Shown: positions 27,142-35,957 of the stretch, piece after piece | Layout of the letters: every line of letters starts with the position of its first letter | How positions within the stretch are numbered: the first letter of the stretch is position 1 | Virus record (IMG/VR): IMGVR_UViG_3300012953_000006 | Span: 1 to 36,551 of that record | Length of the DNA stretch: 36,551 nt | Direction: 5' to 3' (one strand) | From: a virus | Lineage: Duplodnaviria > Caudoviricetes | Translations under genes and position numbers: made by a program | Notes under the pieces: generated by a model | Seen by the model: the letters and a program-made list of their open reading frames with translations, nothing else | Database searches by the model: none | Told to the model about the DNA's origin: nothing

Positions 27142-27735
27142 ATGTCAAATACGACAAATATAAGTGTTATTGGCGAAGCCATTTATCCTCATTTAAATAA
27201 ACCTGATGTCAGATTTTCTGAAGCAGGTGAATTTAAAGTGACCTTAAAAGTTGCTAAATCAGACGCTACTGAAATGCTGAAGTCTTATGACAAAGCTATA
27301 GAAGACAGTCTAAAATTAGCTGAACAAAACAATAAGGGTAAGAAGATAAAGGACGCACCAAAACCTTACACTGAAGAAAACAATTTCGTTTTCTTTAAAT
27401 ACAAAATGAAAGCAACTGGGGTAAACCAGAAAACTAAAGAAAAGTTTTCACAAAGACCCCAATTGTTTGACGCAAAGAAGAACCCAGTTCCATTGAATAC
27501 TATCATATGGGGTGGTTCTAAATTACGTTGTGCTTACAGTTTAGTTCCTTACTACACACCAATGCTTGGTGCAGGAGTGACGGCTAGATTAAAAGCAGTA
27601 CAAGTTATTGAACTTGTTGAGGGTAAAGACAGTAATCTATTTTCTAAAGAAGATGGATACGAAGCTACACCAGAACCAAAATCAGAAGTAATCTCAAATG
27701 ACAAGACCGAAGTACAAGAGAGTAAAGACTTCTGA
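27142..27735 (+). CDS. ssb: Single-stranded DNA-binding protein (gp2.5-like)
   Basis: YPHLNKPD, IWGGS and RLKAVQVIELVE motifs; acidic tail ending in Phe. Confidence 0.92.
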   Translation: MSNTTNISVIGEAIYPHLNKPDVRFSEAGEFKVTLKVAKSDATEMLKSYDKAIEDSLKLAEQNNKGKKIKDAPKPYTEENNFVFFKYKMKATGVNQKTKEKFSQRPQLFDAKKNPVPLNTIIWGGSKLRCAYSLVPYYTPMLGAGVTARLKAVQVIELVEGKDSNLFSKEDGYEATPEPKSEVISNDKTEVQESKDF

Positions 27736-28141
27736 TGGTGTTGTTTTAAAATCTGGGTTGGAAGAAGCAGTCTATAATTTTCTTAATAAAAACTCTGTGA
27801 GTTTTATTTATGAGGGAATGAAGATTGTTTACTTTCAACCTGAGATAAAGAAAACATATACCCCAGATTTCCCAATTCAAAACACCCCATTAGTTTTAGA
27901 AACTAAAGGTGCTTTCAACAGTGCAGATAGAAAGAAGATGAAAACTATCAAAGCACAAAACCCAAATTTAGATATTAGATTTATATTTTCTAACTCAAAA
28001 ACAAAGATAGGTAAAAAATCAAAAACTACTTACGCCAAGTGGTGTGAGTTATTTGGATTTAAATATCATTGTATTCAATCAACCAAAGAAACATTCCCAA
28101 AGGAATGGCTTAAAGAAATTAAAGGAAAACAAAATGCGTGA
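27698..28141 (+). CDS. Endonuclease I / Holliday junction resolvase (gp3-like)
   Basis: KSGLE, YTPDF, LETKG and DIRFIF motifs. Confidence 0.93.
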   Translation: MTRPKYKRVKTSDGVVLKSGLEEAVYNFLNKNSVSFIYEGMKIVYFQPEIKKTYTPDFPIQNTPLVLETKGAFNSADRKKMKTIKAQNPNLDIRFIFSNSKTKIGKKSKTTYAKWCELFGFKYHCIQSTKETFPKEWLKEIKGKQNA

Positions 28142-28631
28142 AGAAACTAAATATATAGTTATCCATTGTTCTCAGACTAGACCAAGTCAGGATATAGACG
28201 CTAAAACAATTGACCGTTGGCATAGAGAAAATGGGTGGCTTAAAATTGGCTACGGAAAAGTTATTAAAAGAGACGGTACAGTAGAACAAGGTAGAGGTGA
28301 TGATGAAGTACAAGCACACGTCAAAGGATACAATCATTGTAGCTACGGTATTTGTTTAGTTGGTGGTGCAAAAGAAGAAGACTGGAAACAAGAAGATGAC
28401 AACTTCACAGGTGAGCAGTTTGAAAGTCTAAAAAAATTATTAGAAGAATTATTAGTTAAATACCCAGACGCACAGATTGTGGGTCATAGAGATTTAGATG
28501 AAAGTAAATTCTGTCCATCATTTAGTGTTAGAACATATTTACTTAACGAAGATATTAAAGGGTACAAGTTTCAAGATGGTCTAACTACTGACGCAGATTT
28601 GCAGGAGTTAGAGCATAATGGAAACGAATGA
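28134..28631 (+). CDS. N-acetylmuramoyl-L-alanine amidase (T7 lysozyme gp3.5-like)
   Basis: IHCS, IGY, GHRD and KFCPSF Zn/catalytic residues; start revised to ATG 28134 (AAGGA RBS). Confidence 0.92.
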   Translation: MREETKYIVIHCSQTRPSQDIDAKTIDRWHRENGWLKIGYGKVIKRDGTVEQGRGDDEVQAHVKGYNHCSYGICLVGGAKEEDWKQEDDNFTGEQFESLKKLLEELLVKYPDAQIVGHRDLDESKFCPSFSVRTYLLNEDIKGYKFQDGLTTDADLQELEHNGNE

Positions 28632-30210
28632 AAAATTTTCACATCATACAAGTTGTGAAAACTGTGGTAGCCGAGATAATCGTGGCGTTTGGTTAAATCC
28701 AGACGACACAATCCACCATACTTATTGTTTCGGTTGCCACGAATATTCAGCGACTGGCGAAGCTCAACCAGAAAATAAACAACCAATAGTAAGAGATATG
28801 ATTACAGGAAATTATGAACGATTAGATAAACGTAAAGTTAGTGAGGATACCTGCAAGGTATTTGATTATGAAGTAGGTGAATATGATGGAAGACCTGTTC
28901 AAATAGCTAACTATTATGACAAGCAATATAATAAGGTAGCACAGAAGCTACGGTTTCCTGACAAATCTTTTAAGTGGTTTGGAGACACAGATAAAATAAC
29001 TTTATTTGGACAGCAAAACTGGAGAGACGGTGGAAGAACTATTGTTATTACAGAGGGTGAATTAGATTGTCTTTCTGTTTCACAAGTAAACAATAATAAA
29101 TATCCAGTAGTATCTATTCCATCAGGAACTGCTTCAGCAAAAAAATATATAAGACAAGAATTAGAATGGTTATCTAAATTTGAAAAGATAATCTTAATGT
29201 TTGATACAGACACAGCAGGTATGAAAGCTAGTGTTGAATGTGCAAATATTTTACCAGTAAAAAAATGTTATATAGCTAAAGTACAAGGTAAAGACGCAAA
29301 CGAATTATTACAAAGTGGCAAAGGTCAAAAGATAATTGACGCTATCTTTGAAGCTAAACATTACACACCACAAGGTATTATTGAGGGTACTGAAACAAAA
29401 GAATTATTATTAAATGATGATTATGTTGAAAGTGTTCCATATGCTTTTGATGGACTTAATAAAAAATTATCAGGTATCAGACCAAAAGAATTAGTACTGT
29501 TATGTGCAGGTTCAGGTACAGGTAAATCACAAGTATGTAGAGAACTTGCTTTTGATTTAATTAATAAAGGACACAAGATAGGATACATCGCACTTGAAGA
29601 AAGTGTTAAGAGAAGTATCAGAGGTCTTGTATCACTAGCTGTAAACAAACCTATACATATACCAGAAGTAAGAAAAAATATTCCAACAGAACAATTAGTA
29701 TTAGAGTGGGAAAAGATAAAAGACAAAGTTTGTTTTTACGACCACTTTGGAAGTTCTGATAGTGAAGACTTACTAAATAGAATTAGGTTTATGGTTCAAG
29801 GACTGAACTGTAAATTTATTTTTCTCGACCATATATCCATTGTTATCTCTGGGATTTCTGAGGGTGATGAGAGAAGATTAATTGATAACACTATGACTAA
29901 CCTGAGAAAGTTAGTTGAAGAAATCAATTGTGGAATGTTTGTAGTATCACACTTGAAAAGAGTTGATAGTAGAACAGGACACGAAGACGGACTTCAAACT
30001 TCCTTATCACACCTCAGAGGTTCACACTCACTAGCACAATTATCAGACGCTGTTATTGGGTTTGAAAGAAATCAACAATCGGAAACTGAGAATAATATAA
30101 TGACTGCAAGAGTTCTTAAAAATAGATTTACTGGCGACACAGGTGTTGCTTGTGATTTGATTTGGAACAAAGATACAGGTCGTTTGTTAGAGGGAAACTT
30201 TGATGAATGA
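28618..30210 (+). CDS. Primase-helicase (gp4-like)
   Basis: CENCGS...YCFGC Zn ribbon, TEGELD and FDTD TOPRIM, GSGTGKS, LDHISI, LRGS. Confidence 0.96.
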   Translation: METNEKFSHHTSCENCGSRDNRGVWLNPDDTIHHTYCFGCHEYSATGEAQPENKQPIVRDMITGNYERLDKRKVSEDTCKVFDYEVGEYDGRPVQIANYYDKQYNKVAQKLRFPDKSFKWFGDTDKITLFGQQNWRDGGRTIVITEGELDCLSVSQVNNNKYPVVSIPSGTASAKKYIRQELEWLSKFEKIILMFDTDTAGMKASVECANILPVKKCYIAKVQGKDANELLQSGKGQKIIDAIFEAKHYTPQGIIEGTETKELLLNDDYVESVPYAFDGLNKKLSGIRPKELVLLCAGSGTGKSQVCRELAFDLINKGHKIGYIALEESVKRSIRGLVSLAVNKPIHIPEVRKNIPTEQLVLEWEKIKDKVCFYDHFGSSDSEDLLNRIRFMVQGLNCKFIFLDHISIVISGISEGDERRLIDNTMTNLRKLVEEINCGMFVVSHLKRVDSRTGHEDGLQTSLSHLRGSHSLAQLSDAVIGFERNQQSETENNIMTARVLKNRFTGDTGVACDLIWNKDTGRLLEGNFDE

Positions 30211-30472
30211 TAATATGCTTACTAAGTTCATACTTAGTTTTCTTGTTCATAAAGACGAATACGTCAAAATGGATACAGACCAACAGCAGTTAATATTTCA
30301 AACCTGTAAAACAATTATGATGGCTATTTATAATTCCATCAAATACGAAAATGTTCACCCAGTTATTTATTGTGGTGACGCAGAAGCACAAGAAGTTATT
30401 TCAAAAGCAATAGGAAGTGTAAGAAACTTTCTACCTAGTACAGATAAAATTACTATTCACTTAATACATTAA
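30200..30472 (+). CDS. Hypothetical protein
   Basis: 90-aa ORF coupled to its neighbours; exact start uncertain. Confidence 0.7.
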   Translation: MMNDNMLTKFILSFLVHKDEYVKMDTDQQQLIFQTCKTIMMAIYNSIKYENVHPVIYCGDAEAQEVISKAIGSVRNFLPSTDKITIHLIH

Positions 30473-32235
30473 TGAAACTTATAATCGACCTAGAAACCAA
30501 TGGTTTCTTGGACAGGTTAGATGTTATTCATTGTATTGTCTGCAAGGATATAGAAACCCAAAAGGTATATTCATATAATCCTGACAATCTGAATGATGGT
30601 CTAGAGTTGCTAAAGAAAGCTACTTTATTAATAGGTCATAATATTCAGGGGTTCGATTTACCTGCATTAGATAAAGTATTTGGATTTAAATATAAGGGTG
30701 AAATTCTTGATACTCTTTTATTATCAAGATTAATTTATACCAATAGACAGGAATTAGATTTTAAAGTTAGAGACCTACCACCTAAATTAATCGGAAGACA
30801 CTCACTTGAAAGTTGGGGATACCGATTGGGTTTACGAAAAGGAGACTATCAAGAACATTCTACATTTGATGTTTGGTCTCTTGAAATGCAAGATTATTGT
30901 GAGAGAGACGTTGAAGTCACTTATAAATTATATGAACTAATAAACAGTTTAAATTATTCTAAAGAAGCTATCCTCTTAGAACATCAATTCGCACACTGGA
31001 TTAGACGACAAGAACAATACGGAGTGCGTTTTGATGAGATGTCTGCTGAGACACTTTTATCAATCCTAACCAAGAGGAGACTAGAGTTAGCCGACCAGTT
31101 AGCTTTAGTTTTTCCTGCTTGGGAACAAGTCATAGGTTTTAAAACTTATAAAAGAGATAATAAGAAAAGAGGAATTAGAGCAGGAGTACCAGTCAAACAA
31201 GTTAAGACTATTACATTCAATCCAAACTCTAGAGACCATATAGCTTCAAGATTGAAAACTTTGGGTTGGAAACCTAAAGACTTTACAGCAGGTGGTAAAC
31301 CTGAAGTAAGTGAAAAAATTCTAAAGACATTAGATTATCCTGAAGCAAAACTTATTGCTGAATATTTAATGATACAAAAAAGACTTGGACAACTTTCAGA
31401 GGGAGACCAAGCATATTTAAAACAAATTAAAAGAGGTAAAATTTATGGACAAGTTATTACGAATGGTGCAGTCACTGGACGTTGCACACACCATTCACCA
31501 AATCTTGCACAAGTTTGTTCAAGTGATTTACCATATGGTAAAGAACTTCGTGCCTTATTTAGTGCTTCTGCCAATATGGATTTTGTTGGCGTTGATTTTT
31601 CTGGTTTGGAGTTGCGTGTGTTGGGGCATTACCTGTGTGTATATGACAATGGGAATTTTCTTAAAACATTACTTACCGATGATATTCATTCCGAAAATCA
31701 AAAACTTCTCGGACTATCCACACGTAATAAAGCTAAAACTTTTATATATGCTTACATATACGGTGGGGGAAATAAGAAACTCGGTGAGATACTTAACGTC
31801 TCTTATGACGAAGCCAAAAGAATAAGAGAAACTTTTGAGAAAAAATTACCTGCACTTAAAACTTTAAAAGACGCAGTTGTTTCTAAATATAGAAGAACTG
31901 GTTTTGTTAATGGTTTAGATAAAAGAAAATTATTTTGTAGAGCAGAACATAGTTCTTTAAATACATTAATACAGTCAGCAGGAAGTTTACTTGTAAAACA
32001 AGGAACAATTATTCTTAATGAAGAATTACAAAAAGCAGGATTTGTTTGGGGTGAGGATTATGCACAAGTACTTCATATCCACGATGAAATTCAGTTTGAA
32101 GTAAAGAAAGACAAAGTAGAAAAATTCAAAGAAATAACCAAATCAATATTTAAAAAGACACAAGACCACTTTAATTTTCGATGTCCTTTAGATGGAGAGA
32201 TTAAAGTAGGACAGAACTGGAGTGACACTCACTAA
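30472..32235 (+). CDS. polA: Family A DNA polymerase (gp5-like)
   Basis: Exo DLETNG, motif A DFSGLELR, motif B KTFIYAYIYG, motif C HIHDEIQ. Confidence 0.96.
   Translation: MKLIIDLETNGFLDRLDVIHCIVCKDIETQKVYSYNPDNLNDGLELLKKATLLIGHNIQGFDLPALDKVFGFKYKGEILDTLLLSRLIYTNRQELDFKVRDLPPKLIGRHSLESWGYRLGLRKGDYQEHSTFDVWSLEMQDYCERDVEVTYKLYELINSLNYSKEAILLEHQFAHWIRRQEQYGVRFDEMSAETLLSILTKRRLELADQLALVFPAWEQVIGFKTYKRDNKKRGIRAGVPVKQVKTITFNPNSRDHIASRLKTLGWKPKDFTAGGKPEVSEKILKTLDYPEAKLIAEYLMIQKRLGQLSEGDQAYLKQIKRGKIYGQVITNGAVTGRCTHHSPNLAQVCSSDLPYGKELRALFSASANMDFVGVDFSGLELRVLGHYLCVYDNGNFLKTLLTDDIHSENQKLLGLSTRNKAKTFIYAYIYGGGNKKLGEILNVSYDEAKRIRETFEKKLPALKTLKDAVVSKYRRTGFVNGLDKRKLFCRAEHSSLNTLIQSAGSLLVKQGTIILNEELQKAGFVWGEDYAQVLHIHDEIQFEVKKDKVEKFKEITKSIFKKTQDHFNFRCPLDGEIKVGQNWSDTH
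31445..31825 (+). CDS. Candidate overprinted ORF (+1 frame in DNA polymerase)
   Basis: 126 codons stop-free, GAGGT RBS, and atypical synonymous codons in the host frame. Confidence 0.35.
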   Translation: MDKLLRMVQSLDVAHTIHQILHKFVQVIYHMVKNFVPYLVLLPIWILLALIFLVWSCVCWGITCVYMTMGIFLKHYLPMIFIPKIKNFSDYPHVIKLKLLYMLTYTVGEIRNSVRYLTSLMTKPKE

Positions 32236-32599
32236 AGGATTTAATCCTAACTTTGATATTTGCCTAGAGTTTGGTGAAAAGTATGAAAACGAATTTCAAA
32301 AGATAATTGAAAGCAAACAAATAGAAGTAAAGACAGATAAAATTTGTCAGAGAACTGGCAATATATTTGTTGAATTTGAAAGTAGAGGTAAGGAAAGTGG
32401 TATTAATACTACTACTGCCAACTACTGGGTTTACTGTTTATGGACAGATAAATTTAAAGAACAGACTTACGTCTTTATTCCAACCAGACGTTTAAAAAAA
32501 TTAATCAAAGAGAAAGAGTACAGAGTTTCCAACGGTGGAGATAACTGGACAAGCAAAGGTTATCTAATTCCAAAAGAGGATTTACTAGAATTAATATAA
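32222..32599 (+). CDS. PD-(D/E)XK nuclease-like protein
   Basis: IEVKTD...TGNIFVE...SGI.TT.A.YW motif. Confidence 0.7.
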   Translation: MTLTKGFNPNFDICLEFGEKYENEFQKIIESKQIEVKTDKICQRTGNIFVEFESRGKESGINTTTANYWVYCLWTDKFKEQTYVFIPTRRLKKLIKEKEYRVSNGGDNWTSKGYLIPKEDLLELI

Positions 32600-32859
32600 T
32601 GAAATACAAAAAATATAGAATTGTTTTTCTTGACCCCACTGGAGATAGTGGTTGGCAATCAGAAAAAGACTTAAAAGAATTTACACCTGAAGAATGTGTA
32701 ATCGAAGCATACGTTTATTCTAAAGATAAAAAAATAGTTAGAACCTTTGCTTCATTTTCAATCAACAAAGGCAGTAAGGAAATTACGTTTGCAGATACGA
32801 ATGTAATACCTCGTGCCTGTATTAAAACAATTAGGAGAATATATGAAAAACTTAAATGA
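32599..32859 (+). CDS. Hypothetical protein
   Basis: 86 aa; DPTGDSGW and IPRACI motifs. Confidence 0.75.
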   Translation: MKYKKYRIVFLDPTGDSGWQSEKDLKEFTPEECVIEAYVYSKDKKIVRTFASFSINKGSKEITFADTNVIPRACIKTIRRIYEKLK

Positions 32860-33658
32860 GTTTCACGCCAACAAAAAGAAGACAATGTTGGTTGATGGTG
32901 ACTTACTTGCTTATAAGATTACTTCTGCATTAGAAGAAACTATTGAGTGGGAAGATGATGTGTGGACTTTACATTGTGACTTAGACAAATGTAAGCAATT
33001 TTGGAAACAAGCAATTGCATATTATATGACACTAACAAATTCTGCTATGTGTATCATAGCGTTTTCTGATGTCGCTAATTACAGAAAGCAATTAGATTTA
33101 GAATATAAATCTTTTAGAAAAGGAATTAGAAAACCAATTACATACAAACCATTAAGACATTGGATAGAACAAACTCACAAAACATTAAGTTATCCTTTCT
33201 TAGAGGGTGATGACACTTTAGGATTACTAGCAACTGGTGATTACAAAGATAATTGTGTCATTGTTTCTGGTGATAAAGATATGAGAACAATTCCATCTTG
33301 GCATTGTTTTATCATAGATGACAGTATTGAATATGTAGATACACAAAAAGCTGACTATAACTTTTGCACACAAGTATTAACTGGTGACAAAGCTGATGGA
33401 TACATTGGTTGTAAAGGAGTTGGTTCAGTTAAAGCGTCAAGAGTTCTAATAGATAAAAAAGATATTTCACAAATGTGGGAAGCTGTACTTCAGGAGTACC
33501 AAAGAAATGGATACAGCGTAGATGACGCTTATCACCAAAGTAGATTAGCAAGAATACTTAGAGAGGGTGAATACGATTACAAAAAAGAAGAACCTAAATT
33601 ATGGAGTTATAAATATGAACACTACAGACATTTTACAGAAGACAGAAAAGTTAGTTAA
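32843..33658 (+). CDS. 5'-3' exonuclease (gp6-like)
   Basis: LVDGDLLAY, LEGDD, SGDKDM and GDKADGYIGCKGVG motifs; start revised to 32843 (AGGAG RBS). Confidence 0.93.
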   Translation: MKNLNEFHANKKKTMLVDGDLLAYKITSALEETIEWEDDVWTLHCDLDKCKQFWKQAIAYYMTLTNSAMCIIAFSDVANYRKQLDLEYKSFRKGIRKPITYKPLRHWIEQTHKTLSYPFLEGDDTLGLLATGDYKDNCVIVSGDKDMRTIPSWHCFIIDDSIEYVDTQKADYNFCTQVLTGDKADGYIGCKGVGSVKASRVLIDKKDISQMWEAVLQEYQRNGYSVDDAYHQSRLARILREGEYDYKKEEPKLWSYKYEHYRHFTEDRKVS

Positions 33659-33962
33659 TGGTGATAGAGATAAAACTCACGGTAATAAAATAGTAAACCA
33701 CGAGAATATCTCTAGACTTTGGAGTGCATATTTACAAAACAAAACCAAACTAAATATTATTCTTTCACCTGAAGATGTGGCACAGCTAATGTCTTTATTG
33801 AAGATTGCTAGAACACAAGCAGGTGAACATAACATTGATGATTATGTAGACGCAGTTGGCTATCAAGCAATTGCAGGAGAAATAGCAAGTAAGAGGTCTG
33901 AATTAAGTTCCTCTTTAGGAGTATCTAATGAACGAAAATCCAAAAATACCAACAATAAGTGA
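33615..33962 (+). CDS. DUF6378-like (all-alpha, nucleotide-metabolism-associated) protein
   Basis: RLWSAYL...PEDVAQLMSLLKIAR...DDYVDAVGY; GGAG RBS before 33615. Confidence 0.7.
   Translation: MNTTDILQKTEKLVNGDRDKTHGNKIVNHENISRLWSAYLQNKTKLNIILSPEDVAQLMSLLKIARTQAGEHNIDDYVDAVGYQAIAGEIASKRSELSSSLGVSNERKSKNTNNK
33901..33919 (+). promoter_or_regulatory. Candidate phage-RNAP promoter (start of late genes)
   Basis: AATTAAGTTCCTCTTTAGG; phi6.5-like position. Confidence 0.55.
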
Positions 33963-34104
33963 AGAACTTATTCGGTATCTAGATAATTTATTTCCTGACA
34001 AATGTGCTGATTTAAAAGACACAGACAAAGAGATTTTTCATAAATCAGGACAAAGGTCAGTCGTAAATCATTTAATTGAACAATTTAAAATACAAGGAGA
34101 ATAA
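33928..34104 (+). CDS. Small protein, 58 aa (T7 gp6.5-like)
   Basis: Translated by hand: PTISEELIRYLDNLFPD...GQRSVVNHL; AGGAG RBS. Confidence 0.8.
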   Translation: MNENPKIPTISEELIRYLDNLFPDKCADLKDTDKEIFHKSGQRSVVNHLIEQFKIQGE

Positions 34105-34105
34105 T

Positions 34106-34351
34106 ATGTGCGTTTCAGTAAAAGCACCCAGTCCACCACCAGCACCAGAACCTGTTCCAATTCCAACGAACACAGTTTCAAATGCTACTACACAGCAGAC
34201 AGCACCGACTTCTGCAACAGGTGAAGCGTCTGGCAGAAACACTTCTGTTGCTTCAAGAGTAGCAAGAAGACGAGTAGGCAGAGGAAGTTTAAGAATACCT
34301 CTAGCTACTTCTGGTCTTACAAGAAGTGGTCTTAACATTCCGAGTGCATAA
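34106..34351 (+). CDS. Small virion protein (gp6.7/7.3-like)
   Basis: MC start, Pro-rich, RRVGRGSLRI...GLNIP; AAGGAG RBS. Confidence 0.8.
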   Translation: MCVSVKAPSPPPAPEPVPIPTNTVSNATTQQTAPTSATGEASGRNTSVASRVARRRVGRGSLRIPLATSGLTRSGLNIPSA

Positions 34352-35952
34352 TGGAGAGATATGAGATTGGTAATACTACCATAGCCGACAAAGGTTCTAT
34401 GGAAAGTCAGTACCAAAAGATGGAGATAGATAGAGAAATCTATTTAGAGAGAGCAAGAGATAGTGCTGAACTTACTATTCCATATCTTGTACCAGAAAAA
34501 GGTTCAAACTCAGCAACCAATTATCCAACACCTTATCAATCAGTAGGTTCTAGAGGTGTGATGAATTTAGCTAGTAAATTAATGTTAGCTTTATTTCCAC
34601 CACAAGCACCATTCTTTAGATTAGATGTTGATGATTTAGTTTATAAACAAGTACAAGGCGACCCAAGACAGAAAGCTACAATCGAACAAGGTTTAGCTAA
34701 AATAGAAAAATCTGTAATGGATAGTATTGAAAGTGATAATGATAGAGTTGCATTTTATGAAGCATTAAAATTATTAATTGTATCAGGAAATGTTTTATTA
34801 AAATTAACTGAAGATGGTTTAAGAGTTTACAGATTAGAAAACTATGTAGTTAAAAGAGATAATCAAGGTAGAGTTTTAAAAATTATAATTAAAGAAAGTT
34901 TATCACCTACAACATTACCAAAGAAAATTGCAGAAACAGTTGGTAATAAAATTACTGAAGAACAAAAAACTATAAATTTATATACTTGTGTTGAAAGACA
35001 AAAAAATAAATTTTTAGTTTCACAAGAAGTAAAAGGAAAAATTGTTTTTCAAACTTCTTATGACTTAGATAAAACACCATTCATAGCTTTAAGATTTAAT
35101 AGAATTGATGGTATGAATTATGGTAGAGGTCACGTAGAGAGTTATCTTGGAGACCTTAAATCTTTAGAGGGATTATCACGTTCTATATTAGAGGGTTCTT
35201 CTGCTTCAGCAAAAATGCTTTTGATGGTAAATCCGTCAGGTACGACAAGGGCTTCGGCTCTGGCAAAAGCCCCCAACGGTGCAATAATCGAGGGAAGTGC
35301 AGGAGACGTTTCAGTTTTACAAGCCAATAAGTTTGGTGACTTTAGAGTAGCTTTAGAAAGTATGAATAGAATAGAGCAACGATTACAGTTTGCTTTTCTA
35401 TTAAATGCTTCAGTACAAAGACAAGCAGAAAGAGTGACAGCAACAGAAGTAAGTTTAGTTGCTAACGAATTACAAGACGCACTTGGTGGTGTGTATGGAA
35501 TATTAACAACAGAATTTCAATTGCCTTACTTAACAAGTAAATTAGCTATGTTAAGGCAAAAGAAACTTTTACCAGAACTTCCAAAAGATATTGTTAAAAC
35601 AAAAATCATTGTTGGAATGGAAGCACTCGGTAGAGCCAGTGATAGGTTGAAATTACTTCAATTCTTATCTGACCTTGCAGGAACTTTAGGTGCAGAAACA
35701 CTAGGTAAATATATTAATCTTGATAATGCTATTAAGAAATTTGCAGTAGCAAACCAAATAGATACTCAGGGATTAATTAAAACTGAAGAACAAATCCAAC
35801 AAGAACAACAAATTGCTCAACAACAACAGTTTGCACAGCAAAGTTTAGCTGACCCAAGAGTGGCGATAGAAATGGGAAAACAATTAGCCAACTCTAATGT
35901 CAGTCCAAGTGTAGACGGTGAGGGCAACGTACAACTTAATCAAGGAGAATAA
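34351..35952 (+). CDS. Portal / head-tail connector (gp8-like)
   Basis: PYQSVGSRGVMNLASKL, YGRG and ERVTATEV motifs. Confidence 0.96.
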   Translation: MERYEIGNTTIADKGSMESQYQKMEIDREIYLERARDSAELTIPYLVPEKGSNSATNYPTPYQSVGSRGVMNLASKLMLALFPPQAPFFRLDVDDLVYKQVQGDPRQKATIEQGLAKIEKSVMDSIESDNDRVAFYEALKLLIVSGNVLLKLTEDGLRVYRLENYVVKRDNQGRVLKIIIKESLSPTTLPKKIAETVGNKITEEQKTINLYTCVERQKNKFLVSQEVKGKIVFQTSYDLDKTPFIALRFNRIDGMNYGRGHVESYLGDLKSLEGLSRSILEGSSASAKMLLMVNPSGTTRASALAKAPNGAIIEGSAGDVSVLQANKFGDFRVALESMNRIEQRLQFAFLLNASVQRQAERVTATEVSLVANELQDALGGVYGILTTEFQLPYLTSKLAMLRQKKLLPELPKDIVKTKIIVGMEALGRASDRLKLLQFLSDLAGTLGAETLGKYINLDNAIKKFAVANQIDTQGLIKTEEQIQQEQQIAQQQQFAQQSLADPRVAIEMGKQLANSNVSPSVDGEGNVQLNQGE

Positions 35953-35957
35953 ACATT

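Noticed and set aside
28044-28133. Longer upstream starts in the ORF track (28044, 32813, 33567, 34076)
   Set aside because: They overlap upstream genes extensively; downstream ATGs have good SD sequences
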